From a virus, in the IMG/VR virus record IMGVR_UViG_3300017971_000275, positions 1 to 64,000 of that record: DNA of 64,000 nucleotides; one strand, written 5' to 3'. The position numbers and the translations under genes are program-made. Positions 40,267 to 50,518 of this stretch are shown here, one piece after another. The stretch's first letter is position 1. Each line of letters opens with the position of its first letter. The notes beneath the pieces are model-generated. The model did not search any database. It saw nothing but the letters and a program-made list of their open reading frames with translations, and was not told where the DNA came from.

Positions 40267-42585
40267 TTACCCTTTGGTGAATGGATTATTCATCACACCG
40301 GCGAGGATTTGCGACTGCTTCAGACTGTTCTCGGCTCGTGGCATTACGCCGTCAAGGTTGACGACCTCAGATATGTTAGCGTTCACCCTGCGACCGCTAC
40401 ACTTCGCGATCTCAGACAGCATCACAATTTCGTTTGTGATTGCTTTTGTAAGCCCATTACCGTTCATTCTGCCGACGATATACTTACGTAGAAAATCGAA
40501 GGCTTCTTCAGAGAACGGAACAGGAGGAACGTAACCAAGGCGCATAGCTATATAGTGCACTACATTCGCTTGCATACGATCGAGCCCCTCACGGCGGCGC
40601 AGCTTACGCTGCAGCTTAGAGGACAAGTCTAATCGCTTCCGCGGGCTTGGATCTGTTCTATCAAGACGGTCGAGTATTTTCGCTACCTGCCTCCGAGACA
40701 TTCCGAAAAGAGATCCATCCCCATCCCAAAGAGGGATCCGCTCTAAGTCTCTTACTATATTGCTTGCGCTAACATTCCGGGCTTGGACCAAGCGGGAATT
40801 GGTAGGCTGTACTGGGAAACGCGGATCCTCTGTAGAAGCACCTGCACCTCCTGGGCCAGCCTCTTCAGCCGGCGCAGCTTCGGGGGGAGGAGCGGCTTCT
40901 TCGCCGCCACCAATAGGCGTCTCTTCTCCAAGCCCCAACCCTTCGAGCTCTCCCCCTGGCGCCTCTGTTTCCAGCCCCTCGAACTCTCCGAAGCCTTCTC
41001 CTTCGAGTCCAGGAATGCCTCCCTCTGCTCCGCCCACGGCCCCTTCAGGACCTATACCGTAAGAAGCCGCCAGTTTTGATGACGCAAGCTTGTGCTGATA
41101 TATCTGTTTTTGCGTTTCAAGATCTGAGGGGAAAGACTCCAGCGCTTTGTCTAGATCGAACCCAGCCACCTGTGCGCGCATGCGAATAGGGATAGGAATC
41201 CCTTTTTCCTCCAACCCATCTAATATGTCCATGTACTCACGGTCTGCTACCGGGCTGAGCGGCTTATCCCACTCAACTGTTGGGATCTGATATTCAGGCT
41301 CAGAGCCTCCCCTACTCCGTGGGCCACCTGTGCGTACTCGGTGGGAGAGCTCGGCCTCAGATCGCTTCTTGAAACCATGGATCTGTGCGAGCTGCAGGAA
41401 CATCTTCTCTAACAGAATCTTCTGGGTGAAGTAAGTACGTACCGCACGGACCTTCTCCAGGAAAGTACTAAGAATCATCTCCATGGAGTTCCAGTTCGCC
41501 TCGCCAGACATAAAGGTATCTGATATGCCTAGGGCGCGCATTTTAGCTTCGGTCAAAAAAGTCCACTCGTCAGAGAGTTTCCAGAAATCAGCAGATCCTC
41601 CTCCAACAGGATTAACAGTGACACCTTCACGTGTGATGACTTTTCCGCCAATCGGATCTTCCTCCGCAGCGAAAAACAGATCAAGCACTTCTGCCATCTC
41701 AGAGTCTTCGGCGTCGGGCCAAACAGTGATGTGCCATAGCGGACCAGCGCGCCGTCGTGCCCCTGCAATGGATGCATCCAAGAGAGCTTTCTCGTAAATC
41801 TTGAATGGCATGATGCGCGTCAAGTATGACGTGCCGTAATGATCCGTCGAGAAAACGCGCCGCGGCAGGAACATGGTATTCTCAGGCGCTAGCGGGATCG
41901 GCGATCCTGCCGCCATCAAACTAACAAGCACTGGGTCGATTTGTTGCCGCTGCATCACTGCGCGTGGATCTGAAGATACAGCCCACTCACGCATCTCTTG
42001 GTTAGGCTGAACATCAATAAGCGGGTCTAACCGAGGTACAGGCGGAACCTTGATGGAGACGTAGTCTAGGTCATGCGGAATAGTGTCTGTCCAGTATCCC
42101 AGGCGGTCGTCGAACAGCATATGGAAAACAAATTTGCCGAAGGTCAGGTAATCTGACAGAAGCATCGGCATGATAGGAATAATGCCGCTAGCATCCACTG
42201 CATCCCGGAAAAACTTTTCTAGCTTAGGGTCGTTCAAACCTCCCAAGACTATGTTGGAGGAAAAGGCCAGATCGCGCCAGTATTCTGTCGCAGGCCCTGC
42301 AATCGGATCGAACATTATGAGGTTTCTGAAGATCTTGTTTTGCGTTTGGGGATCCGCTGGCATGAAGTCTTCAGCCAGTGTTGGATCCTCAGCGCGCTCA
42401 AATACAGGAGAGTATCGTTGGTGCATTCCCCCGCCAGGCATCATTGGCGAGGTGATGTTGGTGGCTGCGGTTCCGTAGCGACGCTGGGCGAGCGGAGACG
42501 AGCTATGTCTGCGCATCAACGCAGCCGTACGGGTGTTGACTCGCCGCAGTCTCCCCTCCGTCATGTCGAATTTGACTTTAAACAT
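40267..42585 (-). CDS. portal protein
   Basis: 772 aa downstream of terL; IFRNLIMFDPIAG, DYLTFGKF, YGTSYLTRI, KMRALGISDTFMSGEANW; Gly/Glu-rich linker. Confidence 0.82.
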   Translation of the reverse strand: MFKVKFDMTEGRLRRVNTRTAALMRRHSSSPLAQRRYGTAATNITSPMMPGGGMHQRYSPVFERAEDPTLAEDFMPADPQTQNKIFRNLIMFDPIAGPATEYWRDLAFSSNIVLGGLNDPKLEKFFRDAVDASGIIPIMPMLLSDYLTFGKFVFHMLFDDRLGYWTDTIPHDLDYVSIKVPPVPRLDPLIDVQPNQEMREWAVSSDPRAVMQRQQIDPVLVSLMAAGSPIPLAPENTMFLPRRVFSTDHYGTSYLTRIMPFKIYEKALLDASIAGARRRAGPLWHITVWPDAEDSEMAEVLDLFFAAEEDPIGGKVITREGVTVNPVGGGSADFWKLSDEWTFLTEAKMRALGISDTFMSGEANWNSMEMILSTFLEKVRAVRTYFTQKILLEKMFLQLAQIHGFKKRSEAELSHRVRTGGPRSRGGSEPEYQIPTVEWDKPLSPVADREYMDILDGLEEKGIPIPIRMRAQVAGFDLDKALESFPSDLETQKQIYQHKLASSKLAASYGIGPEGAVGGAEGGIPGLEGEGFGEFEGLETEAPGGELEGLGLGEETPIGGGEEAAPPPEAAPAEEAGPGGAGASTEDPRFPVQPTNSRLVQARNVSASNIVRDLERIPLWDGDGSLFGMSRRQVAKILDRLDRTDPSPRKRLDLSSKLQRKLRRREGLDRMQANVVHYIAMRLGYVPPVPFSEEAFDFLRKYIVGRMNGNGLTKAITNEIVMLSEIAKCSGRRVNANISEVVNLDGVMPRAENSLKQSQILAGVMNNPFTKG

Positions 42586-42624
42586 CCCAACCTCTATAAC
42601 TACGGATGTTTGCGCGCCCTGCTA

Positions 42625-42999
42625 CTAGTCTTTCCAAAGGGCCACCTTACAGCTCTTACAATGCTTAGCTTTCCGGTAGTCGGAAAGCTTCACGTCACTC
42701 ATCTCTCTTTTACAGCGTGGACAGAGATTTTTGCCGCGGAGCGATTCGATTTCATCGAATTTGGCAGTTGGGCTGAGAGGCTCGTCTGGCTCTACCTCCC
42801 CTACTTCGGTGCCTGCTGTCACGATCCTGCTGGGAGCGATCCGCTCCAAGACGATCTGTGTAGCGGTCGCGATGTGTGCTCCAGCTATTTCATTTGGAAA
42901 ACCGGCGCTACGCAACGTCCCTACTAAACGATGCACCGTTTGTGTATCTTCGATCTGTGCTTTTGCGCAGGCTTCGGCAACCAGTTGGTAGATGTTCAT
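42625..42999 (-). CDS. hypothetical protein with C-terminal zinc ribbon
   Basis: CPRC...CKSC. Confidence 0.65.
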   Translation of the reverse strand: MNIYQLVAEACAKAQIEDTQTVHRLVGTLRSAGFPNEIAGAHIATATQIVLERIAPSRIVTAGTEVGEVEPDEPLSPTAKFDEIESLRGKNLCPRCKREMSDVKLSDYRKAKHCKSCKVALWKD

Positions 43000-43023
43000 G
43001 GGCTTCCTCTTAGTACGTCGACT

Positions 43024-45300
43024 TTATTGGTTGTAGTACAAACCACTAGATCGGCCTGCACCCAAGCCGCGCGGTCCTGCGGAACTGCCGCGACCTAAAC
43101 CACCCCGCTCACTGGCACCTCGGAATATTCCGACAGACTGAGAACCAGGAGCTCTTCGGCGACGTCCAGCTACATGCTTAAGATAGTCGTCTCGGTGTAG
43201 ACGGACGTAAGCGTGCATCAGGGCCGCTGTACGGAAAAGGTCATCGGTGCCCTTATTTGGCTTCACCGGAGGCTTATTCCCAAACTGCTCCACAGTAGTA
43301 AGCTGTAAGATGAAATGTGCCCTCGGATGTCTGGAACGCATCTCCTGCACACGTTCCATGAAAAGATCGTCAATGTCTACTTCTGGGACAGGGAAACGCG
43401 CGTTGGCAGCAAGTAGATCATTCTTGAACTCGCGATAGTCTGACGGCTTTAGAGTATACCTATCAGCGTTCACATCATGGTTCGTGCGCAAGTCAATTAC
43501 TTGATGAGCAGAATTCCAGCGGTCGAAAACCACATGCAGGGGACGGAACGCTTCCACCAAGGGCAAGATGACTTCATCGTAGCACCAGGCAAGGTCTACA
43601 TGAAACCCGCGATAGGGAGCTACCTCCAAGAATTCCTCGTATGCCACTCCAGGTATATCGGGATCAAAGCGTCCCAGCCCTAAAGCGAAGCTGTTGCTCA
43701 CCTCTCCATTGTCCACCGCCATGATGCGCGCACCGTAAATATCATGGCGGATGTCACTGATAATTGGGCGCAGCAAAGGCATCTGCATGGCACCGCCCAT
43801 CACCTCAGTAACCTTATAGGTGAAGAGAGGCTCGCGAGCCTCTTGCTCCACGAGCTCTATGGCCACGTTTTGATCGGGGAAATAGGGGCTGAGCGCTCGG
43901 GATGGAATGGCACAGAAGTCACGCTTGTATGACTCCGGATCTCCAGCTTTTTGCTCGCGGATCGTGTCCTCGTCTTCATCTGGATTCACGTCCCAAGTAG
44001 CGAAATGTGTAGCGTACATCCGCGGGTTTTCGGTTGCTACTGCATGCCGCTGCATGATTGGATCGTGCGCCGTACATGGACTGGAAATATTAAACATGTA
44101 CGCATCGAGAGCATTGTAGTCTTGTAGACGCTTGCGGCGCTTGTTGGCCTGCGTCCTAATAGTCACCAGGCTGTTGCTCAAGCTGTTGAATACCTCGGTG
44201 CCATCCTTCACATTAGACCGGCGTTTTCCATCCTCAGTGTGGTTAAACCAACCAAGCTCATCCAGTGTAGCGAAGATGCGCGTGGCGCCGCGAAGGTTGG
44301 TAGTATTGGCAGCCAAAGGTCGTAGAGAAATACGCTTCCCAGGAAAAAGGATGAACGTCTGGGCAGCGTGGTATAGAGGAACGCCTACACGCTTCCCTTC
44401 CTCAATGATATGCCTCTTCACCTCCCTGAACCAGGGAGCGGATTCATACGCTTCTCTAAACGGCATCCAGATGTTATCGTTAATCTGTCTCACCGTCGGT
44501 GCCACAAAGGCCGCCTCCAGGATGATATTCTTTGGGCGATTGAAATACCTCGGAGGGTTTGGAAGCGCAAGATACCGATGCAGGATGTAAGGGAAAGCAA
44601 AAGTAGCTATCGTAAAAGACTTTCCTGCACGCTGCCCCCACACACCAGTGAATTCATTGGGCGCCACAGGGCGCATCCGGACCGATCCCTCAAAATCATT
44701 GTACTGCGCAAAACGTGGATCCTTGATCCAGTCATCCAGCATTTCGGTACGGTTGCGTTTACATTTCGGGCAAATCCCGTGCTGCAAAAGCACGAAGCGG
44801 TCGAGCACATGGTTGATGTGATCCTCAACCGGGACGTCATGCACGTACTCAGCGTCGGAACAAAAGTAGCATACGTCCGCGAAAAACCGGGCTAGTATCT
44901 GCACCTGGCGCGGCCAGAGCTCTCCACTAAAGCCTAGGTACTCTGTCCCCCTACAAAACTCAATAACGTTGGGAGCAACTGGAAAGCTTTCTTCTGTAAA
45001 GACAGACGGATCCAGGTCGGCGCTGATCGCCAGGTCCATCAAGGCTGTTGGATCTTCGATGCCGTCGGCTGAGGTAGACTCAGCCATTGCTGACAAGGCA
45101 GCATAAATATCCCGAGGAGGCTTACGGGGCTCGGGAGACCCCGCTACCGCTTCGATGGTCGGTGAAGGAGGCGGTTCAGGTGCAGGCTTCTTTTTGGATT
45201 TGGCAGCTTTCTTTTTCTTAGGCCTACCAGGCTTGCGCTTCTCAAAGCCGAACGCGTCCGCGCTTACCTTCTTGGGTTTGAATGTCTTGGCCAGTTTCAT
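43024..45300 (-). CDS. terL: terminase large subunit
   Basis: Walker A GQRAGKS, Walker B ATLDE, motif III ISSP, RNase H-like AVDNG, VFDRWNS, TDD; zinc-ribbon insert CYFC...CPKC. Confidence 0.88.
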   Translation of the reverse strand: MKLAKTFKPKKVSADAFGFEKRKPGRPKKKKAAKSKKKPAPEPPPSPTIEAVAGSPEPRKPPRDIYAALSAMAESTSADGIEDPTALMDLAISADLDPSVFTEESFPVAPNVIEFCRGTEYLGFSGELWPRQVQILARFFADVCYFCSDAEYVHDVPVEDHINHVLDRFVLLQHGICPKCKRNRTEMLDDWIKDPRFAQYNDFEGSVRMRPVAPNEFTGVWGQRAGKSFTIATFAFPYILHRYLALPNPPRYFNRPKNIILEAAFVAPTVRQINDNIWMPFREAYESAPWFREVKRHIIEEGKRVGVPLYHAAQTFILFPGKRISLRPLAANTTNLRGATRIFATLDELGWFNHTEDGKRRSNVKDGTEVFNSLSNSLVTIRTQANKRRKRLQDYNALDAYMFNISSPCTAHDPIMQRHAVATENPRMYATHFATWDVNPDEDEDTIREQKAGDPESYKRDFCAIPSRALSPYFPDQNVAIELVEQEAREPLFTYKVTEVMGGAMQMPLLRPIISDIRHDIYGARIMAVDNGEVSNSFALGLGRFDPDIPGVAYEEFLEVAPYRGFHVDLAWCYDEVILPLVEAFRPLHVVFDRWNSAHQVIDLRTNHDVNADRYTLKPSDYREFKNDLLAANARFPVPEVDIDDLFMERVQEMRSRHPRAHFILQLTTVEQFGNKPPVKPNKGTDDLFRTAALMHAYVRLHRDDYLKHVAGRRRRAPGSQSVGIFRGASERGGLGRGSSAGPRGLGAGRSSGLYYNQ

Positions 45301-45357
45301 GCTGCCTGATGTTTCCGTAATAGCGTATATGAACTACAAGAGCCCACATCAACGTAG

Positions 45358-45705
45358 CTACCTGCTTTGTTTGTTGGAGGCTTTCTTCACTTGCGGATAA
45401 TGACCGGTGCGGTGCTTGTGCAAACGCTGCAAACTTTGAATTAACCGCTCGGCCTCCTTTTTTGTGTCCTTAAGTTCCTCCATGAACTCTGCTGCTCGAT
45501 CTCTCCCATTTGACCGCATGATCCGTATCACTCCGGTAATAGTTCGTGGATAGTTTTCAGGATCTTTCGCATTGTCCGCAACAGGCTTCTGCTCATCTTC
45601 CGATTCAGGTGCGGCAGTCTTTTTTGCAGTCTCGGAGTCCTCTATAGTGGCTACTTCTGCCTCAAGCATTTCCCCACTTCCTCCATTCTCCGTGTCCTTT
45701 CCCAT
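45358..45705 (-). CDS. hypothetical protein
   Basis: GGAAGG RBS. Confidence 0.6.
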   Translation of the reverse strand: MGKDTENGGSGEMLEAEVATIEDSETAKKTAAPESEDEQKPVADNAKDPENYPRTITGVIRIMRSNGRDRAAEFMEELKDTKKEAERLIQSLQRLHKHRTGHYPQVKKASNKQSR

Positions 45706-45730
45706 TGAAGCCCTTCCTTCTTAGGGACTT

Positions 45731-46192
45731 CTAAAACAATTTCACTAGCCGATCAACCGCTTCTGCCTGTTGTTTAATGAGATCCTTAAGAGTAGCCAGG
45801 TGATCTTTCTGCGCTTGGAGGTCATTGTTGTAAGTGTTGCGGTCGACGTATTTTCCTGCGCACGCTGTTTGGTGCGTTAGTACTTCCCTCTGTGCCTCTG
45901 CGAGTCCCTTTTGCGCTTCATCTAGTTCTTTCTGCAGTCGAGTCAGGATCTCTTTTTGCTGCTGGTGCTCACGAGAAAATTGCTGCTTAAGATCATCCAG
46001 CTTACTATCCTGTAGCTCTTTTTCCGCCTGTATCCTTTTACGGATCAGATAGATGATGATCGCAAAGATTATAGGGGCCACGATGCCTGCTACTGCTAGC
46101 ACATCGCGCCAAGTAATTCCCTTCTCTGCCTCCGCCGCCGTGAACACCAACCCTAGAATAGGCATCAGGGCAATCAGACGGTATCTCTTCAT
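45731..46192 (-). CDS. holin-like membrane protein (two hydrophobic segments plus coiled coil)
   Basis: LIALMPILGLVF; VLAVAGIVAPIIFAIIIYLI; near transglycosylase. Confidence 0.5.
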   Translation of the reverse strand: MKRYRLIALMPILGLVFTAAEAEKGITWRDVLAVAGIVAPIIFAIIIYLIRKRIQAEKELQDSKLDDLKQQFSREHQQQKEILTRLQKELDEAQKGLAEAQREVLTHQTACAGKYVDRNTYNNDLQAQKDHLATLKDLIKQQAEAVDRLVKLF

Positions 46193-46217
46193 TGGAAAGT
46201 GACCTGACCAACATAGC

Positions 46218-46883
46218 TTATGAGCGGAAGTCCCTGTTGGTGGAGACTTCCACTACCTCTACGAGCTTGGCTCGCATAGCATCGTCCGGAATAATGGAGC
46301 TCTCGGAAATGAATTTGGCAACCGAAAATAGAAAATCTCGGTCCACAGATTGATCTGGATCAGGAGTCCCCTTAGACGCCTCCATTTCTGATAGCGCAAG
46401 CAATACTGATTTCATGGCACCTCCCAGCGCCGCGGCAGCACTGGGGTAGGAACCATCAAGCTCCTCACCGTTTCTTAGAACAGTGAAGTCCACGCCGTCA
46501 TAATTGACGATGCTGTACTCATCCTCCCCCACAGAAATAGAAATAGGCATGTTGGGATCGGGAGGAACAGGCTCACTCTCGTGCGAAGGATTGGCTACCG
46601 CGGTAATAATGCTAGAGCGTGCGCCATTGCCCCCTTTACTAGATTGTAGAGTGAACGTAAAGCGGGGATGAGTAGTCTCGAAATCTTCCAGGATGTCCGC
46701 AGCAACAGCGTTTACAGAAGCTTCGGAGTTAGCAGTCCATTCCAACTGTAGCTGTGCTCTTTCTGCGTCTACTGCTTTCGCAACAACATGCCGTTCGGAC
46801 AAGTAGCGAACAGGCACGCGTAATAGAATAGCGTCGTACAACTCTGAAAGCAGTTGAATAGGTGTCGGACTTTTGTTTTCCAT
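46218..46883 (-). CDS. hypothetical protein
   Basis: Start at MENKS, downstream of a TAGTTATTCT motif. Confidence 0.6.
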   Translation of the reverse strand: MENKSPTPIQLLSELYDAILLRVPVRYLSERHVVAKAVDAERAQLQLEWTANSEASVNAVAADILEDFETTHPRFTFTLQSSKGGNGARSSIITAVANPSHESEPVPPDPNMPISISVGEDEYSIVNYDGVDFTVLRNGEELDGSYPSAAAALGGAMKSVLLALSEMEASKGTPDPDQSVDRDFLFSVAKFISESSIIPDDAMRAKLVEVVEVSTNRDFRS

Positions 46884-46984
46884 TGGGGTATCCTGGACTA
46901 CGTGGCACAATCCCACCCTAGGGGATCCACTGCCCTTATAAGAGAATAACTAAATTTGGGGGATATGCGTCGGAAAGGCTAGGA

Positions 46985-47929
46985 TTACGGCCGAGTGGGC
47001 TTCAAGCGCGGGGTAGGCTTGACCGCTACAACAGCTCTACGTGGAGGGGGTGTCGTGGGGAGTGGTGGATAAAAGCGTGTTTTGATTTGCGTCAGATACC
47101 GACACTGCCGACAACGCCGCTTGGATTTGATCTGGTTCCGCGCCCCATACTCGAAGCAGGACAAGATCTTCCAGTACGCCGCGTGCCCGTAGCACTTGTA
47201 CAAACTACGGCGGCAGCTCATGTACCTACGGTGGTACTCATCCTTCGTCTCCCTCGCAAGATCACGGCGCATGAGGTGGCACTTATAACGCTTCTTACAC
47301 TTGTAAGCTGTCTTATAGTATGGACCCTGGTTATAGCGGTTGAGCACGCAGCGACGCAGTGGCTTGCTGAAGCTCTTGTACTTCTGGCACCATTTGACGT
47401 GGTGAGCTATTTCCTCGGCACTTTTGTAGAATGAGTACTTCAGATTACGCCGCAGCTTGTAGCACTGAGTTTTCACGTAGGCGCGAGATCCGCGTACGTG
47501 ATGCTGCGTCATGCCGCAGTCGGCAAAGCATCCGGTAGTACGTAGATTGAGCTTGCAGGGAGCGTTGATGAGGATCAAGCTCCGGAAGTCGGATTCCATG
47601 CGAGCCAGTGCGATCATGAAGGTTGCATTCACACCGGTCTTCTCTTGCGCATGGAGAGCTGCCTCAGCGATCTTCTGTACTTTTTGTGGAGGCATAGGCA
47701 CGCCGGGATCCTTGATCGCCATGATAGACTTTTTGAGGCTCTCAAGCTTCTTTACTCTAGCTGGTCCTGGCGCTGGCACCGTCGTGTTCAACGTGAACAG
47801 TGGATCGGTAGCGAAGACCAGGAAGGAGGGCAGCTTGTTTCCAGATCCTCCTCTTGCGCTAAGGCCCGCATCGGTGGCAGGTAGTATCATGACTATCAGT
47901 CCCACCATGATCAAAATAATACGTCTCAT
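46985..47929 (-). CDS. secreted lytic transglycosylase-like protein (SLT fold), Cys-rich
   Basis: Signal peptide; IALARMESDF catalytic Glu motif, CGMTQ, RYNQG. Confidence 0.7.
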   Translation of the reverse strand: MRRIILIMVGLIVMILPATDAGLSARGGSGNKLPSFLVFATDPLFTLNTTVPAPGPARVKKLESLKKSIMAIKDPGVPMPPQKVQKIAEAALHAQEKTGVNATFMIALARMESDFRSLILINAPCKLNLRTTGCFADCGMTQHHVRGSRAYVKTQCYKLRRNLKYSFYKSAEEIAHHVKWCQKYKSFSKPLRRCVLNRYNQGPYYKTAYKCKKRYKCHLMRRDLARETKDEYHRRYMSCRRSLYKCYGHAAYWKILSCFEYGARNQIKSKRRCRQCRYLTQIKTRFYPPLPTTPPPRRAVVAVKPTPRLKPTRP

Positions 47930-48090
47930 ACCTTCTCTCCTTTGTTTAGAGCTGCGACGTCCCCTGCGACCAGAGGCAAATCAGCCGTGGTCTAACTTAC
48001 GCGCTGGACGTGAGTGGCGAAGGGAGGTCGCGCCCAATTACATGCTACCAAGCAAGCTGCTTAGCGGCTAGTATTCAGACTATTACATAG

Positions 48091-48744
48091 CTAGTGGATA
48101 GGTTCCGATGAATCGGAAGAGGATTCCAAGGAGGGGGGTAGGGATTTGTTTTTGGACTTTTTATTACCGCCAGAAGCTAATATCTCTGGTAGCTTCTCGA
48201 TGACCTCTTCTGCTTCTCCTTTCAAGCGAGACGCAAACCGGCGTAAGTTCCGCTTAACGGCTTCGTCAATCGACTCGAAGTTTTCTTGACCCAAAGAGGC
48301 AATGAGCTCGTCGCGTAAACGGTTGCCTTCTTCTACACTAGCGACCACGCATAGACGGATTATGGGGTTGACCACTTTCCGTACTATTTCTTGGGCGAGC
48401 TCGTCTGAAGGACGAATGCGGTCCATGGCCATGATAATCTCACGCGCCTCGCGCACGAGATTAACGTAGTGGCTCATGGCATGCTGGTTGGCTTCCGGAT
48501 CGTCATCGTAATCTTTCTTCCGATCGTCCGCGGCCTCTCTTATATCGCGCAGCAGCGTATTGAGTAGCTCATGACCAGTAGTTGGAAATGCGGCACCGCA
48601 CCTCTTTATGTGCTCCTCTAGCAGCGCAGAGCTGATGAAATGCTTGGACGCTATCTCCTCAACAGACAAAGACCCCTCGGCGATCTCCTCGTCGATTTCC
48701 CGCATAGTGCGGATCGGAAACTCTCTACACAGATCACATGACAT
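48091..48744 (-). CDS. HTH protein, possible terminase small subunit
   Basis: CDLC...EIDEEI...SVEEIASKHFISSALLEEHIKRC followed by helical coiled region; upstream of terL. Confidence 0.5.
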   Translation of the reverse strand: MSCDLCREFPIRTMREIDEEIAEGSLSVEEIASKHFISSALLEEHIKRCGAAFPTTGHELLNTLLRDIREAADDRKKDYDDDPEANQHAMSHYVNLVREAREIIMAMDRIRPSDELAQEIVRKVVNPIIRLCVVASVEEGNRLRDELIASLGQENFESIDEAVKRNLRRFASRLKGEAEEVIEKLPEILASGGNKKSKNKSLPPSLESSSDSSEPIH

Positions 48745-48756
48745 GGGAATAGTATA

Positions 48757-49410
48757 CTACGAACGGTGCATCATTTCCATAGAACTTGGTTGCACGTGAA
48801 CAGGGGGCGTTTCTACGGGGAGGCCGTGTGCATCCGGAATACCATGCCCACCGGGTTGCACAGGAAGCACGAGCTCCTCGGTAGTAGGCGTAATCATGTC
48901 AACCTGCTCGAAGTCCTCTTCTGTAGCGGGACGCAAACCATACTTGGCGGCCTCTCGTGACGAGACGGTCTGCCTGATGGGCATGACATGATTAGGGCCG
49001 TAGAACTCCAGATCAAGTACTTGATCCTCATCCCCATTGTTCCCTGTCTTCTCGATGCTCACGTCGCGTACCAGGACGAACGGAAAGCTCTCTTCGATGT
49101 TATCTGCGAAATACCATCGGCCGGCGCGTAGGTTGAGCTTGAATGCTTTACGTACACGCTTCTTCTCGGGCTTGACGAACCGCATGTCGCCGCTAGCGTT
49201 CGCCACCCGAAGCCCGTATTTATCAAGCACGACCGCTAAGTTTCGCAGCTGCGTCTGCGGTACGTGGCGCAGCAGAATGGAATTCTTCCCAACAGCCTCC
49301 ACCAGGAAGCCAGCTACCTGCAGGGTTCCTTGTGCTTCTTGTAGGGTGTCGGATGGACCTTCCAGACTGATGGCGTCGTATCCGGGGATCTCTTGCTGTT
49401 GTTGAGTCAT
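48757..49410 (-). CDS. hypothetical protein
   Basis: AGGAG RBS. Confidence 0.65.
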   Translation of the reverse strand: MTQQQQEIPGYDAISLEGPSDTLQEAQGTLQVAGFLVEAVGKNSILLRHVPQTQLRNLAVVLDKYGLRVANASGDMRFVKPEKKRVRKAFKLNLRAGRWYFADNIEESFPFVLVRDVSIEKTGNNGDEDQVLDLEFYGPNHVMPIRQTVSSREAAKYGLRPATEEDFEQVDMITPTTEELVLPVQPGGHGIPDAHGLPVETPPVHVQPSSMEMMHRS

Positions 49411-49433
49411 GGAATTTAGTCTCCTAACCGACG

Positions 49434-50504
49434 CTAGTCAACGTCCATGTGGCGGTAGTATTTTTTGTACAACTTCAAGACCACTTTTCTGCGCCGCGGC
49501 CCAGTGTTCATATAACGGCTACCTGATAGAATTTTATCGAAGAGCTTGTAGATCACGTCGACAGCATTACCGTAGCCACCATTGTTGACCACAACCAAGT
49601 TGACCAAGGCATTGACGCGGTCCCACAAGAAGGTGGATTTCCCTTTGGCACTCGTGATCATTTGAATCTGAGGACCGGTATCCTCTTCCTGCTGAGCCTT
49701 TTCTTGTCGAAGCCTCTCATCATCCTCCGCCAGGATTTCCATGATGTCTTGGTAGCGGTATTTATTATAGAGGGCGGTCAGAACAGGAGGAGGAACTTTT
49801 TGTTGCTCTACATAATCAAGGATATCGTCTTCGTCAACATCTTCGGTGAGCATAGTATTTAGCTCGGAAGCAGCAGTCCAAACGTCCGCACGGTTGTATG
49901 TTTTTACAACGTTCGTGATGTTGCCATGCAACCGAGAAACGATCCGACGCAGATCATCTACTATATGAGTACGCGGATCCTCATCAAGCCGCGCAAACGC
50001 CTCGCGCACGACATCCCAACGATATGGGTAGGGTTCATCCGAACCCTTGGTCTTGTACAAATTCCACCGAATACGCTGCATGACAGCTTCTGGCCTAGCG
50101 AGCTCGGAAAGGTCTGCTACCTTTTTTCCTACCCAATGCCCTGCGCCCACGTCGTACACGGTGCCAAAACGATCGGCCAGAATCTCTGGTTTGATGGAAT
50201 CATCAAAGAAGTAAAAGTTGACGGGGTGGTCACTCCCTCGAAGCTTGTACCCTGAAACGAATTGTGCTTCTTTTTTGTACTGAGGCAAAAGCTGCTTAGG
50301 GACAAGCAGCACAACATCCAAGGAGGACTCGGGATCGTAATAGTGTCCCACGAGCTCGCCCACAAAAAGCACCTTGGATGCGTCTGGGAACCGGCGATCT
50401 ACTTGATCGTGTAGCTGGGCCTTAACACGGTTTGTCAGAGACATTTCGTCCGTGCGCCAGATATCTGGGCTCAACGTACGACGATGGTAGTCAAAAAGGC
50501 TCAT
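49434..50504 (-). CDS. Pol-beta-type nucleotidyltransferase homolog, degenerate active site
   Basis: VLFVGELVGHYYDPESSLDV aligns to GS..xY...SDxD; HPVNFYF; GTVYDV...W. Confidence 0.55.
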   Translation of the reverse strand: MSLFDYHRRTLSPDIWRTDEMSLTNRVKAQLHDQVDRRFPDASKVLFVGELVGHYYDPESSLDVVLLVPKQLLPQYKKEAQFVSGYKLRGSDHPVNFYFFDDSIKPEILADRFGTVYDVGAGHWVGKKVADLSELARPEAVMQRIRWNLYKTKGSDEPYPYRWDVVREAFARLDEDPRTHIVDDLRRIVSRLHGNITNVVKTYNRADVWTAASELNTMLTEDVDEDDILDYVEQQKVPPPVLTALYNKYRYQDIMEILAEDDERLRQEKAQQEEDTGPQIQMITSAKGKSTFLWDRVNALVNLVVVNNGGYGNAVDVIYKLFDKILSGSRYMNTGPRRRKVVLKLYKKYYRHMDVD

Positions 50505-50518
50505 GGGTCGTCCCTACT

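Noticed and set aside
43024-45300. Intein or intron in the long terminase
   Set aside because: No C/S...HN-C/S/T splice junctions or LAGLIDADG motifs were seen. The extra length is an N-terminal extension plus a zinc-ribbon insert.
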